A stretch of DNA of 64,000 nt from NCBI GenBank assembly GCA_000697335.1, contig JNEM01006591.1:1-64000 (forward strand). The letters run 5' to 3'. The notes beneath the pieces are model-generated. The model did no database searches. It had not been told where the DNA came from and saw only the letters and a program-made list of their open reading frames with translations. Source of the DNA: Conidiobolus incongruus B7586. Lineage: Eukaryota. The first letter of the stretch is position 1; every line of letters begins with the position of its first letter. Shown here piece by piece: positions 38,863 through 53,507 of this stretch. A program made the position numbers and the translations under genes.

Positions 38863-41800
38863 TTAAAAAAATTTTTTGATAATATTTATATAAATATTTA
38901 TAATTGAATATATATATATATATATATCTAATTAACTATTAAAAAACTATAATTTTTTTTATCTATATATTAATTTTTAAAATATTAAATTTTTTTTAAC
39001 AGTAATTAATAAAATAAGAGAGTGAATAAATTAAATATTAATTTTAGATTAAATTAAAGTGTAAATTTTTTTATACAATTGAAATTTATCATAAATCTTG
39101 AAATGGATTTTAATATTTTTAGGCGTAATTGATTACTGATATTTTTGCGATTTTTTTGGTTGAATCTCCTTGCATTGATTAATTTGACACAGGATCATTA
39201 GTATTATTAGATTGAACCAATCATTTGTGAATATTAAACCTTTAATACGGTTGAAATCTATGTGGTTAGCAATGAAAGTAATGATCTATAGTTACATTGT
39301 TAATGTTCGTTTTTATCATTTTATGTAGCATTTACCAGATTTGATTTTACTAATCGGTTTGAAGTGATCAGATATATGATGAATATTTCCAATTTTGTTA
39401 ATATAGCATATAAATTCAGGTAAATTTTTGATTAATTATTATCCAATAATTCTATATAACGGAAAAAAATTTTTAATAAGAAAAATAATATTTTTTGATT
39501 AGTCATGAAGTTGTCATAATTTGATCATTGAAAAAAATAGCTGTAATATAACAATATAGTTAAATTGACTTATAATAGCTTTAAAAAAATTCCTATTTGA
39601 AGTTGAAATTAGTTGATCTCATTCAACTGATTGTTATATTGATTTTTTGAAAAATTGTATACTAATCAATGCATATAGCTCATATATTTACTTTCTAAGG
39701 ACCTCTCTTGATTTACAAATTTTTATCATTTTTGTATTCATCCAAATTGTTTGTTAAATGTTAAATCGAAACGTCATTGACATTATATTGATATTGATAT
39801 TAAACATAATTATATCACAAGAATAATCGGGTATTATCAAAACGATTACATCATTGTATTTAGTGTCATTTATAAGATTATTAGATTTTTTCAATACTCC
39901 AAAATTAGTTTGAGTTATACATATCTATCTTGAGTGAAATCATAATTGTTTAAGGAAAAAAACTGCACAAAATCAAATTAACATGATCTAGTAATGAAAA
40001 ACAGTGAATTGAACTAGTTATTAAAAAATATTTATGATGTTTGGTTATTTTATAAATCAATACAACTAAAATAAATTTAAAATTGCACAAATTTGAACTA
40101 TTCATTTTAACTTTATATCAAGTAATAATCGAATATCATTTGTGTTAATGTACAATGGCTAACATATAATATAATTAAATATTGGATGAATATATATAAA
40201 AATCAACTATATTTTGTATTAATAATATTATAATAACTATGTTTCAGAGTAATTACATATATCAATTTTTTAACATGAGTGAATAATTAAGTCATATATT
40301 TCATGAGTATTAAATACTATTAATTTGATCATTAAATTTCAAAATTTTAATCTGTCCACTTGCATAATCTCATGGTCATGATCCATTATTCAATAACATG
40401 AATCCTTTATCCTGTTTGGTTTATTTATAAATATATAATGAGAAATAATTCTTTAAATATCAGAAAATTTTTTTTACTATTCTCATATTTATAATTATTT
40501 TACTTAAACATGTACATATACTTACAAGTTTTGAAATTTTTTAATAATTTATGATAAAATTATATACAATCTACACCCTGTATCAAATTTTGAAAGTTAA
40601 TAAAGTGAATCATTAGGTATTTCTCATTAAATTAATAGGCTGATATTGAGTTCATTCATTGTTAAAGGTTAATTAAATATCAAACGAATACGTCATTTTA
40701 ATATAAAATCAATTAAAAATTTTATATTTCTAAATTGAAAATATACTCGAGAGAAGCATAGCTCTTTGAAATAGTATATTCTGGAAGATATATAATTTAA
40801 TATGAATATGATATTTTTTAATAATTAAATATGGTGAATTGGATTTTATATATCAAACTATAACTATAAGAGTATTATTCATACTCAAAAATTATAATAA
40901 TGGATTTATAAATGCTATTCACTTAAAAATGATATATATTCTAATTTCACTCCCATTTAATTAAAACTTAAATACTGAAAATATTAACAAATTTTTGAAA
41001 TTTTTAATACAGTATTGATAAGTTCAAACTTCAAATAAGGACTTGTAATTAGAAAAATATATGATTATGGTTATTGGATATTGGAATCATTGAATTATAC
41101 TTCCAAAAATTTTTAGTCATATATTTAATATATTTAATACATTTCACAATTGTATAATTAAAATTATTCCATAATATTTATCATCTAAATAAAGAAGACA
41201 TGTCAGTTTATAATAACAAAATAATAAATATTTTTTTCTTTTGCTATTTTAAACAAAGATTAAATATTAAAAAATTAATTAGTAATATACTAAAATCAAT
41301 CTAATTTTATATAATTTATTTGCTTAATAAACAAATTATAATTTTTTTATTTATTTACTATATGTGAGTATTGAAAATGTTTTAAGTATTTGACTAAAAT
41401 TAACATAAACTATTTTATTATTAAATATAATTGGCTAAAATATAATTCATCAAATATCTATTTATTTATAATGACCTTTAGCTAAAGTAGCCTTTTTAGA
41501 CTGTAAATCTATATTTTAATATTTCTTAAGTCCAATTATTAATATATATCAAAGTTTTCATAGATTCTTATTGTTGAAATAATCTATCTTAATCAACTCA
41601 AACCAAAAATATATTATAATTCTATTGGTAATAGAATATATATAGGTTATAACTATGATTTAAAATCATTATTCTTTTAAAATTTAATTTACACAAGTAT
41701 TATTAAATTTTAAAAAAAAATAGTATTTTAAATAATTACAAAATATTAAATACTATAATTATATTAAATATTTTAAAATATAATTTTAAAATTTAATAAT

Positions 41801-42266
41801 AAAATTTTTTTTAAAAAAATATTTTAATTTTAATATTAATATTAATTAAAATATTATTATTTATAAAATTAAATGAGATATAAAATTGGAGGTCATTTAA
41901 TAGTTAATAATTAATTTAATACAATATATATATATATATATTGTATTAAATTAACTCTTTAAATCAAATTTAAATTTTTTTTCTAAAAATTAATTAATAA
42001 TTAACTATATTTATATAATTTTAGATTCAAATTAAGTTATTTCATAAAAAATTGAATAATTAACAGAAATTATTACTAAATATGGTTATTATTATTATTA
42101 TTGATTAAGAATTTAATGAATAGTTTGATTTACTATTTGAATTAAATATTTTTATATAAAAATAATATTTTAAAATTATTAGTATTTAATTTATAACACT
42201 TTATAAATTTTTATTCGTAAATTAATTTCAAATCAAAATCAAATAAAAAACTTAGTATTATGGAAG

Positions 42267-43518
42267 TTACAAATGAGCTTTCAATTTGTTCAATCTTTCA
42301 AAGTAGATATCATCAATGAAAAGATCGTGTCCGAATTCCGTAGTGCCGGGAATACAGGCGTACTTATCGAAATCTGTCACACCATTCTCTCTAAGTACGA
42401 TTTCATCGATACAGAAGTTGCCACTATTGAAAAAATTGTTAGTATTAGATTGGTTAATTGTTAGAATTTGAATTACGTGAATTCTGTACTCTTCTTGGTT
42501 AAGATAGCGTGAGCAGCATCAGCCATAATGTCAGGTTTTCTAATATTTAGAAATTAGAAAATGTATCAAGATGAAAATGGAAATATGGGATTACCTGCAC
42601 ATTGCTTGTTGGTTAATTCCATCACCTATTAAAATTAAATTATGATAAGTGAAAATATTTGATATATATGTGAATGTTTAAAACTTACCAATAGCCTGTA
42701 ACGCTGCAGTGTAAATAATTGTCAATGGCCACAAGGCATTTACAGCAATACGATCACCTCTGAGTTCTTCACTCATACCGAGTACATTCATGGACATACC
42801 CATTCTAGTTATAATATTAGCTATATAACTCACAATTTAATCATACATCATTCACTTTGAAATAGTATATGCAACGTGATCTTTATACCATTTTGGATCA
42901 TGACTGAGAGGAGGACTCATAGTCAAAATATGAGGATTTGAAGATTTTTTAAGGTGAGGGATAGCATATTTGGAAACGAGCCAAGTACCTCTGGTGTTAA
43001 TGGACTGCATTAAATCGTACTTTTTCAATGGAGTATCAGTCGTATCTGTCAGACTGATGGCACTAGCTATATTTTATTTTGAATAAATTTTTCTTATCTT
43101 GATAATGATAAATTGAGTAAATACCATTGTTAACAAGAATATCAATACCACCAAAGGTCTCAACAGTCTTTTGAATAGCAGCCTTAACTTGAGCTTCGTC
43201 CCTAATATCACAAATAATTGGGAGTGCTTTACCTCCAGCTTGTTCAATTTCCCTAGCAGCTGTGTAAATAGTACCAGGTAACTGAATTCAAAATTAATAA
43301 TTTGATAATTTAATATTTCAATAAAAATTACTTTGGAATGAGGTTCTGCAGTCTTTGCAGCAACAGCAACATTAGCACCATCTTTAGCAGCTCTCAAAGC
43401 GATAGCGAGACCGATGCCTCTAAATATTGATTATTGAATATTAAGTGAATAAAATTTTGTAAATTTGATAGTACCTAGAAGCTCCTGAGATGAATAAAGT
43501 TTTTCCTTTTAATGACAT
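42267..43518 (-). CDS. HSDL2-like short-chain dehydrogenase/reductase, paralog 1, C-terminal AHL (PTS1-like); multi-exon
   Basis: MSLKGKTLFISGASRGIGLAIALRAAKDGANV, AKTAEPH.KLPGTIYTAA, NNASAI, YTISK (YxxxK), VNALWP. Ends ...NKLKAHL*. Confidence 0.9.
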
Positions 43519-44828
43519 TTTAACAATTAAAATTTAACAGAATAATTAAGATATAGTAAAGAAATCATCGTTTAAATACTATGAGGTCACTCTAATTTAA
43601 TGCTCTTTATTCTTTGAAATTTATTATTGTTAAAATAATCATATGAAATTTTGGGTTTTATTTAAATTAATTTTCCGTACTTTAACATGTGATATACTAA
43701 ATTAGTTGAAGTATTTTAATATTTTTTTTTAACCCGAAAATTTTACCTACATTTGAATTAAACAGTCATTCGATATTATATTAGATATCCTTCAAAATAT
43801 TAAATAGGATATATTAATAATTTAATTGTGTTAATTAATTTTGATTAAAATCACTTTAAATCAAAATATAAATTATAGAATATTTTATTTTTTTATTATT
43901 AATATAACACCTTTTACTTGAATTTAGATATATTATGTAAAATTTCATTATATACGCATAAATTGTTGAATATAATGATTATTAAAAGTTGATAAATTTT
44001 AAAATTAATTAATAATAATTATTATAATAATTATAATAATTATTATGTTTTAAATAATCAAAAAAAATTAATAAATTAATTTTTTACTTTTTACAGTTAA
44101 TTTTTTAATTTAATAATTAAATTCAAATATTTTAGCGTATATTAACTTTTATTCAATATTCATTAATTTATCATATTTATATATTAATTGAATTGATGAA
44201 AAAATTGATTTTAATTATTTATTAATAAATAATTAAATACTATTATATTTCATTATTACATTTCATTATATATATATATATATATTTCATAACTGATAAT
44301 TATCTAATTATTAAAATTATAATTTTAATAATAATTATATATTTTTTTTTAAAAAATTAAATAATTTTAAAATTAATTTAATATTTTTGATACAATAATA
44401 AATTATTTTTATTATTATTATTTTTTAAGTATAAAATTTATTAAATTATTAAATGATTAATAATATTAATCAATATTAGAGGTTAATTAACAAGATTAAA
44501 AACACTTTATAGAAAGTTTGAACTTATCATATTTTCAAACAGTAAATTGACTGATAATACTTAACACACTTTAGATTAAATACATTTAATATTAATAAAT
44601 ATCTGAATGATTACAATGTATTTAATAATCAATATAAAGTCAGATTCATATTACAAAATATATACAGATAGATAACTAAATTTTATAGTAGTATTGATTT
44701 TATATGTTATTTTAACTATTTTTAACAATGGAATAATTTATATTTAATGTAAAAAATTTTTTCAAATTGTGTGGAATTAATAATATAATTAAAATTAATT
44801 ATAATCCAAATAAAAAACATTCACAAGA

Positions 44829-46091
44829 TTACAAACGGGCTTTCAATTTGTTCAACTTTTGGAAGTAAATATCATCTATAAAACCGTCGTAACCAAATTC
44901 CTTAGTGCCAGGGATGCAGGCGTACTGACTAAAATCAGTTTGGCCATTTTCTCTAAGTATAATTTCGTCGATACAGAAATTGCCACTATTAAGTTGTTAG
45001 TAAATATACACATTAAATCTATTTTTAGTTTATAAAATATTACGTGAACTCGGTACTTTTCTTAGTTAAAATAGCATGGGCGGCATCTGCCATAATTTCA
45101 GGTTTTCTATTAATGTAATTATAGTATTACATTCATACTGACTAATATATATATTATATTAATAATTACCTGCATAATTTTTGTTGATTGACTCCTCCAC
45201 CTAAAAAAATCATTAATTATCAAGAATTCATTTATAATGTAATAGGGATTAATAATACTTACCAATTGCTTGTAACGCTGCAGTATAAATCAATGTCAAT
45301 GGCCACAAAGCATTAACCGCGATGCCGTCATTTTTGAGTTCTTCACTCATACCGAGTACATTCATGGACATACCCATTCTAGTTATAATATTAGCTATAT
45401 AACTCACAATTTAATCATACATCATTCACTTTGAAATAGTATATGCAACGTGATCTTTATACCATTTTGGATCATGACTGAGAGGAGGACTCATAGTCAA
45501 AATATGAGGATTTGAAGATTTTTTAAGGTGAGGGATAGCATATTTGGAAACGAGCCAAGTACCTCTGGTGTTAATGGACTGCATTAAATCGTACTTTTTC
45601 ACGGAGGTATCGAGTGTACCAGTAATATTGATAGCGCTAGCTATGATTCGAATCGGGGTTAGTTTTTCATTATTTACCAAATTTGATTTATTTACCATTG
45701 TTAATAACAATATCAATACCACCGAAAGTCTCAACAGTTTTTTGAATAGCAGCCTTAACTTGAGCTTCGTCCCTAATATCACAAATAATTGGGAGTGCTT
45801 TACCTCCAGCTTGTTCAATTTCCCTAGCAGCTGTGTAAATAGTACCAGGTAACTGAATTCAAAATTAATAATTTGATAATTTAATATTTCAATAAAAATT
45901 ACTTTGGAATGAGGTTCTGCAGTCTTTGCAGCAACAGCAACATTAGCACCATCTTTAGCAGCTCTCAAAGCGATAGCGAGGCCGATGCCTCTAAATAATG
46001 AATATTAAATATCAATTAATATAAGTTTATTCATTGAAAAATTTTACCTAGAAGCTCCTGATACGAATAAGGTTTTACCCTTTAATGACAT
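44829..46091 (-). CDS. HSDL2-like SDR, paralog 2, C-terminal ARL (PTS1); multi-exon
   Basis: Same motifs and intron positions as paralog 1. Ends ...NKLKARL*. Confidence 0.9.
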
Positions 46092-48054
46092 ATTAATAAT
46101 TAAAATAATAGAAAAATTTAAAATTTTAATATTTCGAAATTGATTAATAAAAAAAGTATAATGTTATATTCATGCTTCTTCATTAATTCACTAGTTAACC
46201 AATCCCTTGGAAAAAATATCCACTTTAGTATCATATGAAATTCGAAGTGTAATTTATATTACTCATTGATCATTAAAAATTTTAATACTGGGATTTTGTA
46301 TTGAAATTACAATATTAATGAATAATCAACTATTAGGTGTTGTTTTGAGTCTTTATTTTAGTCCTCAGGGTAATAATGATAATAATAGCTTAGGAGATAT
46401 TTAATTGTTATTAAAATATCATTATACAATGAAATAACTTAACCTAACCATGTTTCTGAATCACACATATTAAATTTTGAAAATCAATATTTTAGATATG
46501 TCGGTACTTAAAGTTAATCAACATGTGATTTACCAAACTAGCCAAATCTCATGACTAGTACTTCACCCGATAATTTTACCATGTAAATTACAATCAAAAA
46601 CAGTTGAATTATTATAATTACTTTTAATGAAATTTTAAAAAAGTATTATTTAATCTTTACAATTATAGGAATTTAATAAGTTTTTAGATTTTTTTTGGAA
46701 TTAGTTTTATAATTATTTTTTAAATCAATTTAATTTATTAATAAAAAAAATTTTTTTATTAAATTTATTTTTTTTTCAAGTAAGAATTCAATTATAAAAA
46801 ATTTATTAAAAATTTATGACTTGGGAATTATTTCAAATAATAATTGATAGTAGCTAGTAATTTACTATTATAATAATAGATACTTGAATCAAAATTATTG
46901 TTCATATGATTATTATGACAAATTATTTGAAATAATATTTTGGACAATTATTTATAGATATATTTCTGTATAACAGTATTAACTAATGCTTCAAAAAATA
47001 AACGAATGAAATGATATTATCAACTTAAATTATTAATTAGTTATCATCGAATTTTGATTATTGATAATATAAAAATTATTCAAATAATAATATATTCAAG
47101 GTGTTTAATTAAAATTAGTAGATTTAGCATATAAATAACCCAGTTAATTGATATATATTATAATTAATAGTTTAAGATTTATTTGATATTATTGAATTAA
47201 ACTCCAAATTTCAATAGCAATTTTACTTTAAATGAATATTTAAAATGTTAAAATATTATATAAATAATCATAATCAATTAGTGGTAATGATTAGAAAAAC
47301 ACTTATTTTTAAAATAAATTGAATAGCAATATAGTTCAATTACAAATTAAATTATCAATTTTTTCAATTAAATATTTGAAATTACATAACTATATCCCTA
47401 ATTACAAATTTATTAATCAATATATTTAAATATTTTTAATTTTTATATAGCATTGTAAACAACTTGAATTATTTGTTTTAAAATATTTTAGATAGTAAAA
47501 TAAAAGAATGAATTTGAATGTAAAATTAAACATTGAAAGAATCTCGTAATTAAATTTATTAGTATTTTATCGCAGATTTAACACTTATAATGTTAATATT
47601 GAATATGATTTGGATATATCAGTGATTAGATCTACAAATAATCTGATTTTGGTTTTAATGGTTAAAAAATATTATCATTATATTTGACCAAGCTTGTCTC
47701 TGAGAGAGTAAAGTTATCAATGTTCAATTATCACTATAAATTGAGTGAATTTAATAATAATTTTATAATTTCAAAAATTTAATTTTATACTACAATCAAT
47801 TTCATAACTATTTAAAATTAATTGTTAAATTCATATATACAAAATTACACCGCATTTCAGAGGAATTGAAAAAGTATTCTGAAGGCAGTCCATTATAATC
47901 CTACACTCTTAGTATAACAATAATAATAATAATAATAATTTGATAAAGCATTCTAATAACAAAACTATTAAATCCATTTATTTAATGCCATATATCTATC
48001 TCTCCACCCAATTTTATCTTAATTTTTCCAAATTTTCGGGTATGTTTTAAAAAT

Positions 48055-48083
48055 TCACGTGACAAATTTCCAATTTGACGTCA
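48055..48083. promoter_or_regulatory. Candidate E-box (TCACGTGA) and CRE (TGACGTCA) sites upstream of SDR paralog 3
   Basis: Two perfect 8-bp CpG-containing palindromes 13 bp apart in otherwise CpG-poor DNA, ~160-185 bp before the ATG. Confidence 0.4.
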
Positions 48084-48238
48084 CTGATATAATTCACATA
48101 TTTAAATTAAAGATCTTCAATTTTGTATTAAACATTTAAAAATAAAATAAAATAATTCAATTGAAGTATTTAATACTTTTTTTAATCACAAAATAAATAA
48201 TCTAATTCTTATATTTTTAATAATTGTCCAAAAAAATA

Positions 48239-49458
48239 ATGGTATTGAAAGGGAAAACTATATTCGTATCGGGAGGTTCCAGGTAACTCACAAATTCTAT
48301 TCAACTGATAGATATTAAATAATTAGTTAGAGGTATTGGATTAGCTATCGCCCTAAGAGCTGCTAGGGACGGTGCAAATATTGCAGTAGCTGCTAAGACT
48401 GCTGAACCTCACCCTAAGGTACATTTATCATTTCACATAATTTCCAATTCTAATTCGATTCAAGTTACCTGGTACAATCTATACAGCTGCCGAAGAAATT
48501 GAAAAAGCTGGAGGCAAAGCACTCCCAATTATTTGTGATATTAGGGATGAAGCTCAAGTGAATGAAGCAATTCAAAAAACTGTTGAAAAATTTAAGGGGA
48601 TTGATATATTGATTAATAATGGTAAATATTTTTTAAACTTTTGTAGAACGATTAATAATTGTGGGGGTCAGCTAGTGCGATTAGTTTGACGAATACAATT
48701 GATACGCCCTTGAAAAGGTATGATTTAATGCAGTCTATTAACACCAGAGGAACTTGGCTAGTGTCCAAATATGCTATTCCCCACCTTAAAAAAGCTGACA
48801 ATCCTCATATTTTGACTATGAGTCCACCCCTAAGTTTTGATCCCAAATGGTATAGGGATCATGTAGCATACACTATTTCAAAGTATATTTTTTTATTTTA
48901 AATTTTGAATTTATTGACTAATAACTAAATTAGAATGGGTATGTCCATGAATGTACTAGGTATGAGCGAAGAATTTCGAAAGGATCGTATTGCTGTCAAC
49001 GCTCTGTGGCCTTTAACTTTGATTTATACTGCAGCGTTGCAAGCAATTGGTAATGATTGAATTATATTATAGTTTTGTATATAAGATTTTAATAATTGAA
49101 TTATTATTATAGGCGATGATGTCAATCAACAACAGTTGTGCAGGTAAGCAATTCCCAATTTCAGTCATATTTATCAACTTAATTCGAAATTTAGAAAACC
49201 AGAAATTATGGCAGATGCCGCATACGAAATCCTAACAAAGAAGAGTACCGAATTCACGTAATTTTAATCAACTATACTCTTATTATTTACTAAATATTTC
49301 ATAGTGGTAATTTCTGTATTGACGAAATTTTATTGAGAGAGAATGGCCATAAAGATATTGACAAATATGCATGCGTACCAGGAAGTAAAGAATTTAAGTA
49401 TGATTTCTTTATTGATGATCATTGGTTTGATAAATTGAACCAATTGAAAGCTAAATAA
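48239..49458 (+). CDS. HSDL2-like SDR, paralog 3, divergently oriented, ends AK* (no PTS1); multi-exon
   Basis: MVLKGKTIFVSGGSRGIGLAIALRAARDGAN; same exon structure. Ends AAC CAA TTG AAA GCT AAA TAA. Confidence 0.9.
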
Positions 49459-50173
49459 TTTTTGATTGTTGAAATTGAATAAAAGTATGTTAAATTATTA
49501 TAAAACTTGAATTAAATTTATAAATGTTAAAATAAAAAATAACTAACCATTACATGATTATTATTAGTGTATTTTTTGAATTATTAAAAATTGATTCATT
49601 TTTAAGTACCATTAATTGAACTATTTAATCGAAAAATACTTAAAAAAGTTAAAGTAATTCTACTTAATATTGTATCATTTATTAGAAAACTCTTTAATTG
49701 GATAACATCATCTTGATTGAATATCCTTTTTTTCACTTAATAATTTTAATTGTTTGTAATTAAAAAATATAACAATTAATATTTATAATTATTAATTTTT
49801 TTATATTATATACTTAATCAATTAAGTTTAAAATTGATTTTATTATTTGTAAACTATAATTAACTTTTAATAAATTTCATCATTCTTTGGTAACATTATG
49901 AAATTACCAAAAAACAAAGCAAACAAAAATTTTAAATTTAATTCTTCATCTCTATAATTGTTTTTAATAATAAATCAAATATTTTTTGAAGTTGTTATCA
50001 AATATATATATATATATATATTCATTCTTTTTCAATAATAAATTATTTTCTTATATCATAAATTGTAATTTAATTAATTGACCAATAATTATAATCAAAC
50101 ACATTAATTTTATCCCATAAATTTTAAATGTGACTTGAATTTTTATTTTAAAATATTAAATAAAATATAAAAA

Positions 50174-50204
<31 letters not shown>

Positions 50205-50351
50205 TTCAAAATTGAATAATATTTAAAAATTCTAACAATAATAATAATAATAAGTTTAATTAAATTAATATTATTAAAAAATTAAAAGGTATTATTAAAA
50301 TAAAATTTTTCTTATCCTATTATTCATAATTTTATTCAGTTTGGATTACTG

Positions 50352-53300
50352 ATGATAATAGCAACTTTATCTCAACTAATCATCATAAACCCCGTCAGAG
50401 GGTTAGAACCTGTACCAGTACAAGTCCGTTCGGTTCAGAATGACCAAATTCAAAATTCCACCCTATTTTGGGGTACTTATCGTCCCAACTTATTCTTTGG
50501 GACTCGCACCAGGTCCAAAGATACACTCATGACTGGTCTAATGTGGCAGAGTTTAAACAGTTTGGAATTGAGCGATAGTAAGTTTATTCCATTGATAATG
50601 AATATGTTCTCATAGAGGATTAGAATTGAGACACAACTGTGAAGAGTGGGAAAATTTCAAGAAGAATGGATACCTCGTTCATGATGCTAGGAATTTTGGT
50701 GAGCAGGTTATTGAGGATGTGGAGACGAATTATAGGATTAGAACTCAGTTTGTTAAGAGTGGATTTGGCAAGCATGGTAAGTTTCATTTTATTGATTGAT
50801 TTGATTAATTGCTAACTATGTTTAGGTGGCGATTGGGGTGTCAAAATCTCTGGGGAAGTCATTGATCCAAAAGGTGAGCTTATCATCTATTGTTTAGACT
50901 ATTACTAATCACTGAGAGTTAGAGGATGCTCAATTATCACTATACTATTACTTTGGCATGCTTGGAAATGGTGAAATTTACCATTTACCAACTACCAATG
51001 GAGATGATCAAGATGCTGAGGAGGAGGATGAGGAAGAGGAGAAAGTTGAAAAATCCAAAGATGATAATGTGAGTATTAATTATATACTAATACCTCAGAT
51101 TATATATTCAACTATTGACTTCATTTGCTTAGACTGAAGCTGATGATGATAGTATCCAATTTGAGGGACAATCCCATGAACTTGGCAAATTTAAAATCTT
51201 AGTTAAAGGAGGTAAATATTAACGAAGACCATATATATTCATATTTAATAACAATTTACAAAGGTCACACTTATGACCAACTCAATCACGACAATTTACC
51301 TCCCAAAATTTCACCATCAGAAATTTCTACCTCAAACATATTGGGACTTAAAGTTCCAGAAAATTATATTTGGAGAGTTAAAGGTAAAAACTTAAAAAAT
51401 AATTCACGATCATTTAACTAATTTGTAGACTTCGTCATGAATCACATCGTAGAAAATGCCCAAGAAAAGTTCCGGCCTTTGGTTCCTTTGATGCAGACGG
51501 GTGCTTTAAATTTTCCCAATATGAATTATCTCTTCCAAATGGAGAATGTGAAAATGCCAGGCGCTAACCTTTTCGTCGTGCAAAAGATCTTGAAAGGAAA
51601 TTTTGAGGTAAATTTTCAGCACTTTGTTACTGACTGCGTGCTGATGTGGGAGAATTAGATTGATGTAATTTTTAACGAAGATACCAATCAGCATAAGAGT
51701 TTAGATGGTAAATTTCCCCAATCGAATTAACTTCAAACGACTAAATTTTATAGAACACGAAATGAATAAATTAATTCCTATTTTGAAGAAAAAATTCGAT
51801 CAGAAATTTGATAAGAAATTCAATTTGGAGTCCAAGAAATTGTCCAAGAATGAAATTAGGTTGGGTAAATTCGCTTTGAGTAATATGCTGGGAGGGGTTG
51901 GGTAAGTTGAGTTTATTATTCTGCTATTGGCATATATTGATTCACTATTGTAGCTATTTTGAAGGCGATAGTATGGTAGTGAAGGGAGCCAACCTGAAAT
52001 CCAATGACTCAGACGACGAATTGGAATGGGACGACGACGAAGTTGAAGAACCCATGAAGTCTAAAGACAATACCGACAACGATTTTGATTTTACTGATGC
52101 CTACTCCTTGTTTACTGCTGTTCCATCCAGGACCTTCTTCCCCCGTGGGTTCCTTTGGGACGAAGGCTTCCACCAACTACTCGTATCGGAATGGGATTTG
52201 GAGCTCAGTATTAGTATCGTTAACAGTTGGTTTAACTCGATGACTGACAGTGGTTGGATCCCTCGCGAACAAATTTTGGGTGACGAAGCTAGATCTAGAG
52301 TATTTATTATATTTATTCTTATTATATCTAAGAAATTAACCTTTTGAATTAGGTTCCTAGAGAATTCCAAGTTCAAAACCCGGAATTTGCAAATCCACCC
52401 ACCCTCTATCTCTTTATTGAAAAGTTGGCTAAAAAACTCAAAGTTCTTAAGCATAAACCAGTTGAACATGTAACCGTTGACGAATTTGACCACGATTTGG
52501 ATCCCCACAAAACTCGCAAGAAGCATGTTCACACTTCAGGCCATCACCACGACTCTTTGGACGATTCTGAATTAACTGAGAGTCATTTGGAAGATTACGA
52601 AATGGGATTACACTGGCTCAAACAGCTTTACGAAAATAAACTCAAGAAGAACTACAATTGGTACAGAACAACCCAAAGAGGTATTGTGCCCAAAGAATTC
52701 CCTAAGGCCAATGCGGAAGTTTACAGGTGGCGAGGACGTCAAAAGAATCATACATTACCCTCCGGCTTTGACGATTTCCCAAGACCTGAAGTCCATGACC
52801 AGGAACTCCACTCCGATTTGACAGCTTGGATAGGTTTCATGGCTGGAGTTATGGAACAAATCGCAGAAATTGTCGAAGATTCTGAAGGTCGTGAAATGTA
52901 CCAGAAGCACCGCACCGATATTCTGTCTAATCTTGAACATGTATTTTTTGACAGTGATCACGGAATTCACTGCGATATTGGCGTCAACGATATTCCAACT
53001 CCCGATGATGACGAAGAAGAGGAGGAAGACTACAATACTTCCTCCTTGCCAGTCCAACGCGAATGTCATATTGGATACCCTACAATCTTACCATTCGCAC
53101 TCCAACTCCTTGACGTCAAATCCCCAGAATTCGCCAAAACCCTCTCCGTCATCACCTCCCCTGACCATTTGTGGTCCCCTCACGGCATTCGAAGTCTTTC
53201 CAAATCTTCGGCCTATTACCATACCGGAGAGGACTATTGGCGCGGTAACATTTGGTTCAATATCAATTACCTCGTCATTCGCGCTCTCCATCACTACAAA

Positions 53301-53507
53301 TCCCAACCTTCCGATCACTCCGAAGAACTTGAAAGAGTCTACAAAGAACTTCGCACCAATTTGATAAAGACACTCGGGGATAGTTTCAAGAGTACGAATT
53401 TGGTATGGGAGCAGTACTCCGATGAGAGTGGTAAGGGATTGAGGTCCAAACCTTTTACGGGATGGTCTAGTCTGGTGTTGATGGTAATGAGTGAGAAGTA
53501 TGATTAG
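50352..53507 (+). CDS. CWH41: ER mannosyl-oligosaccharide glucosidase I (GH63); multi-exon
   Basis: [84 protein letters not shown]...PFTGWSSL. Start codon uncertain. Confidence 0.95.

Noticed and set aside
38907..50252. (TA)n and (TAA)n microsatellites at several intergenic positions
   Set aside because: Short and expected in a very AT-rich genome. No array/spacer structure, so not CRISPR-like.
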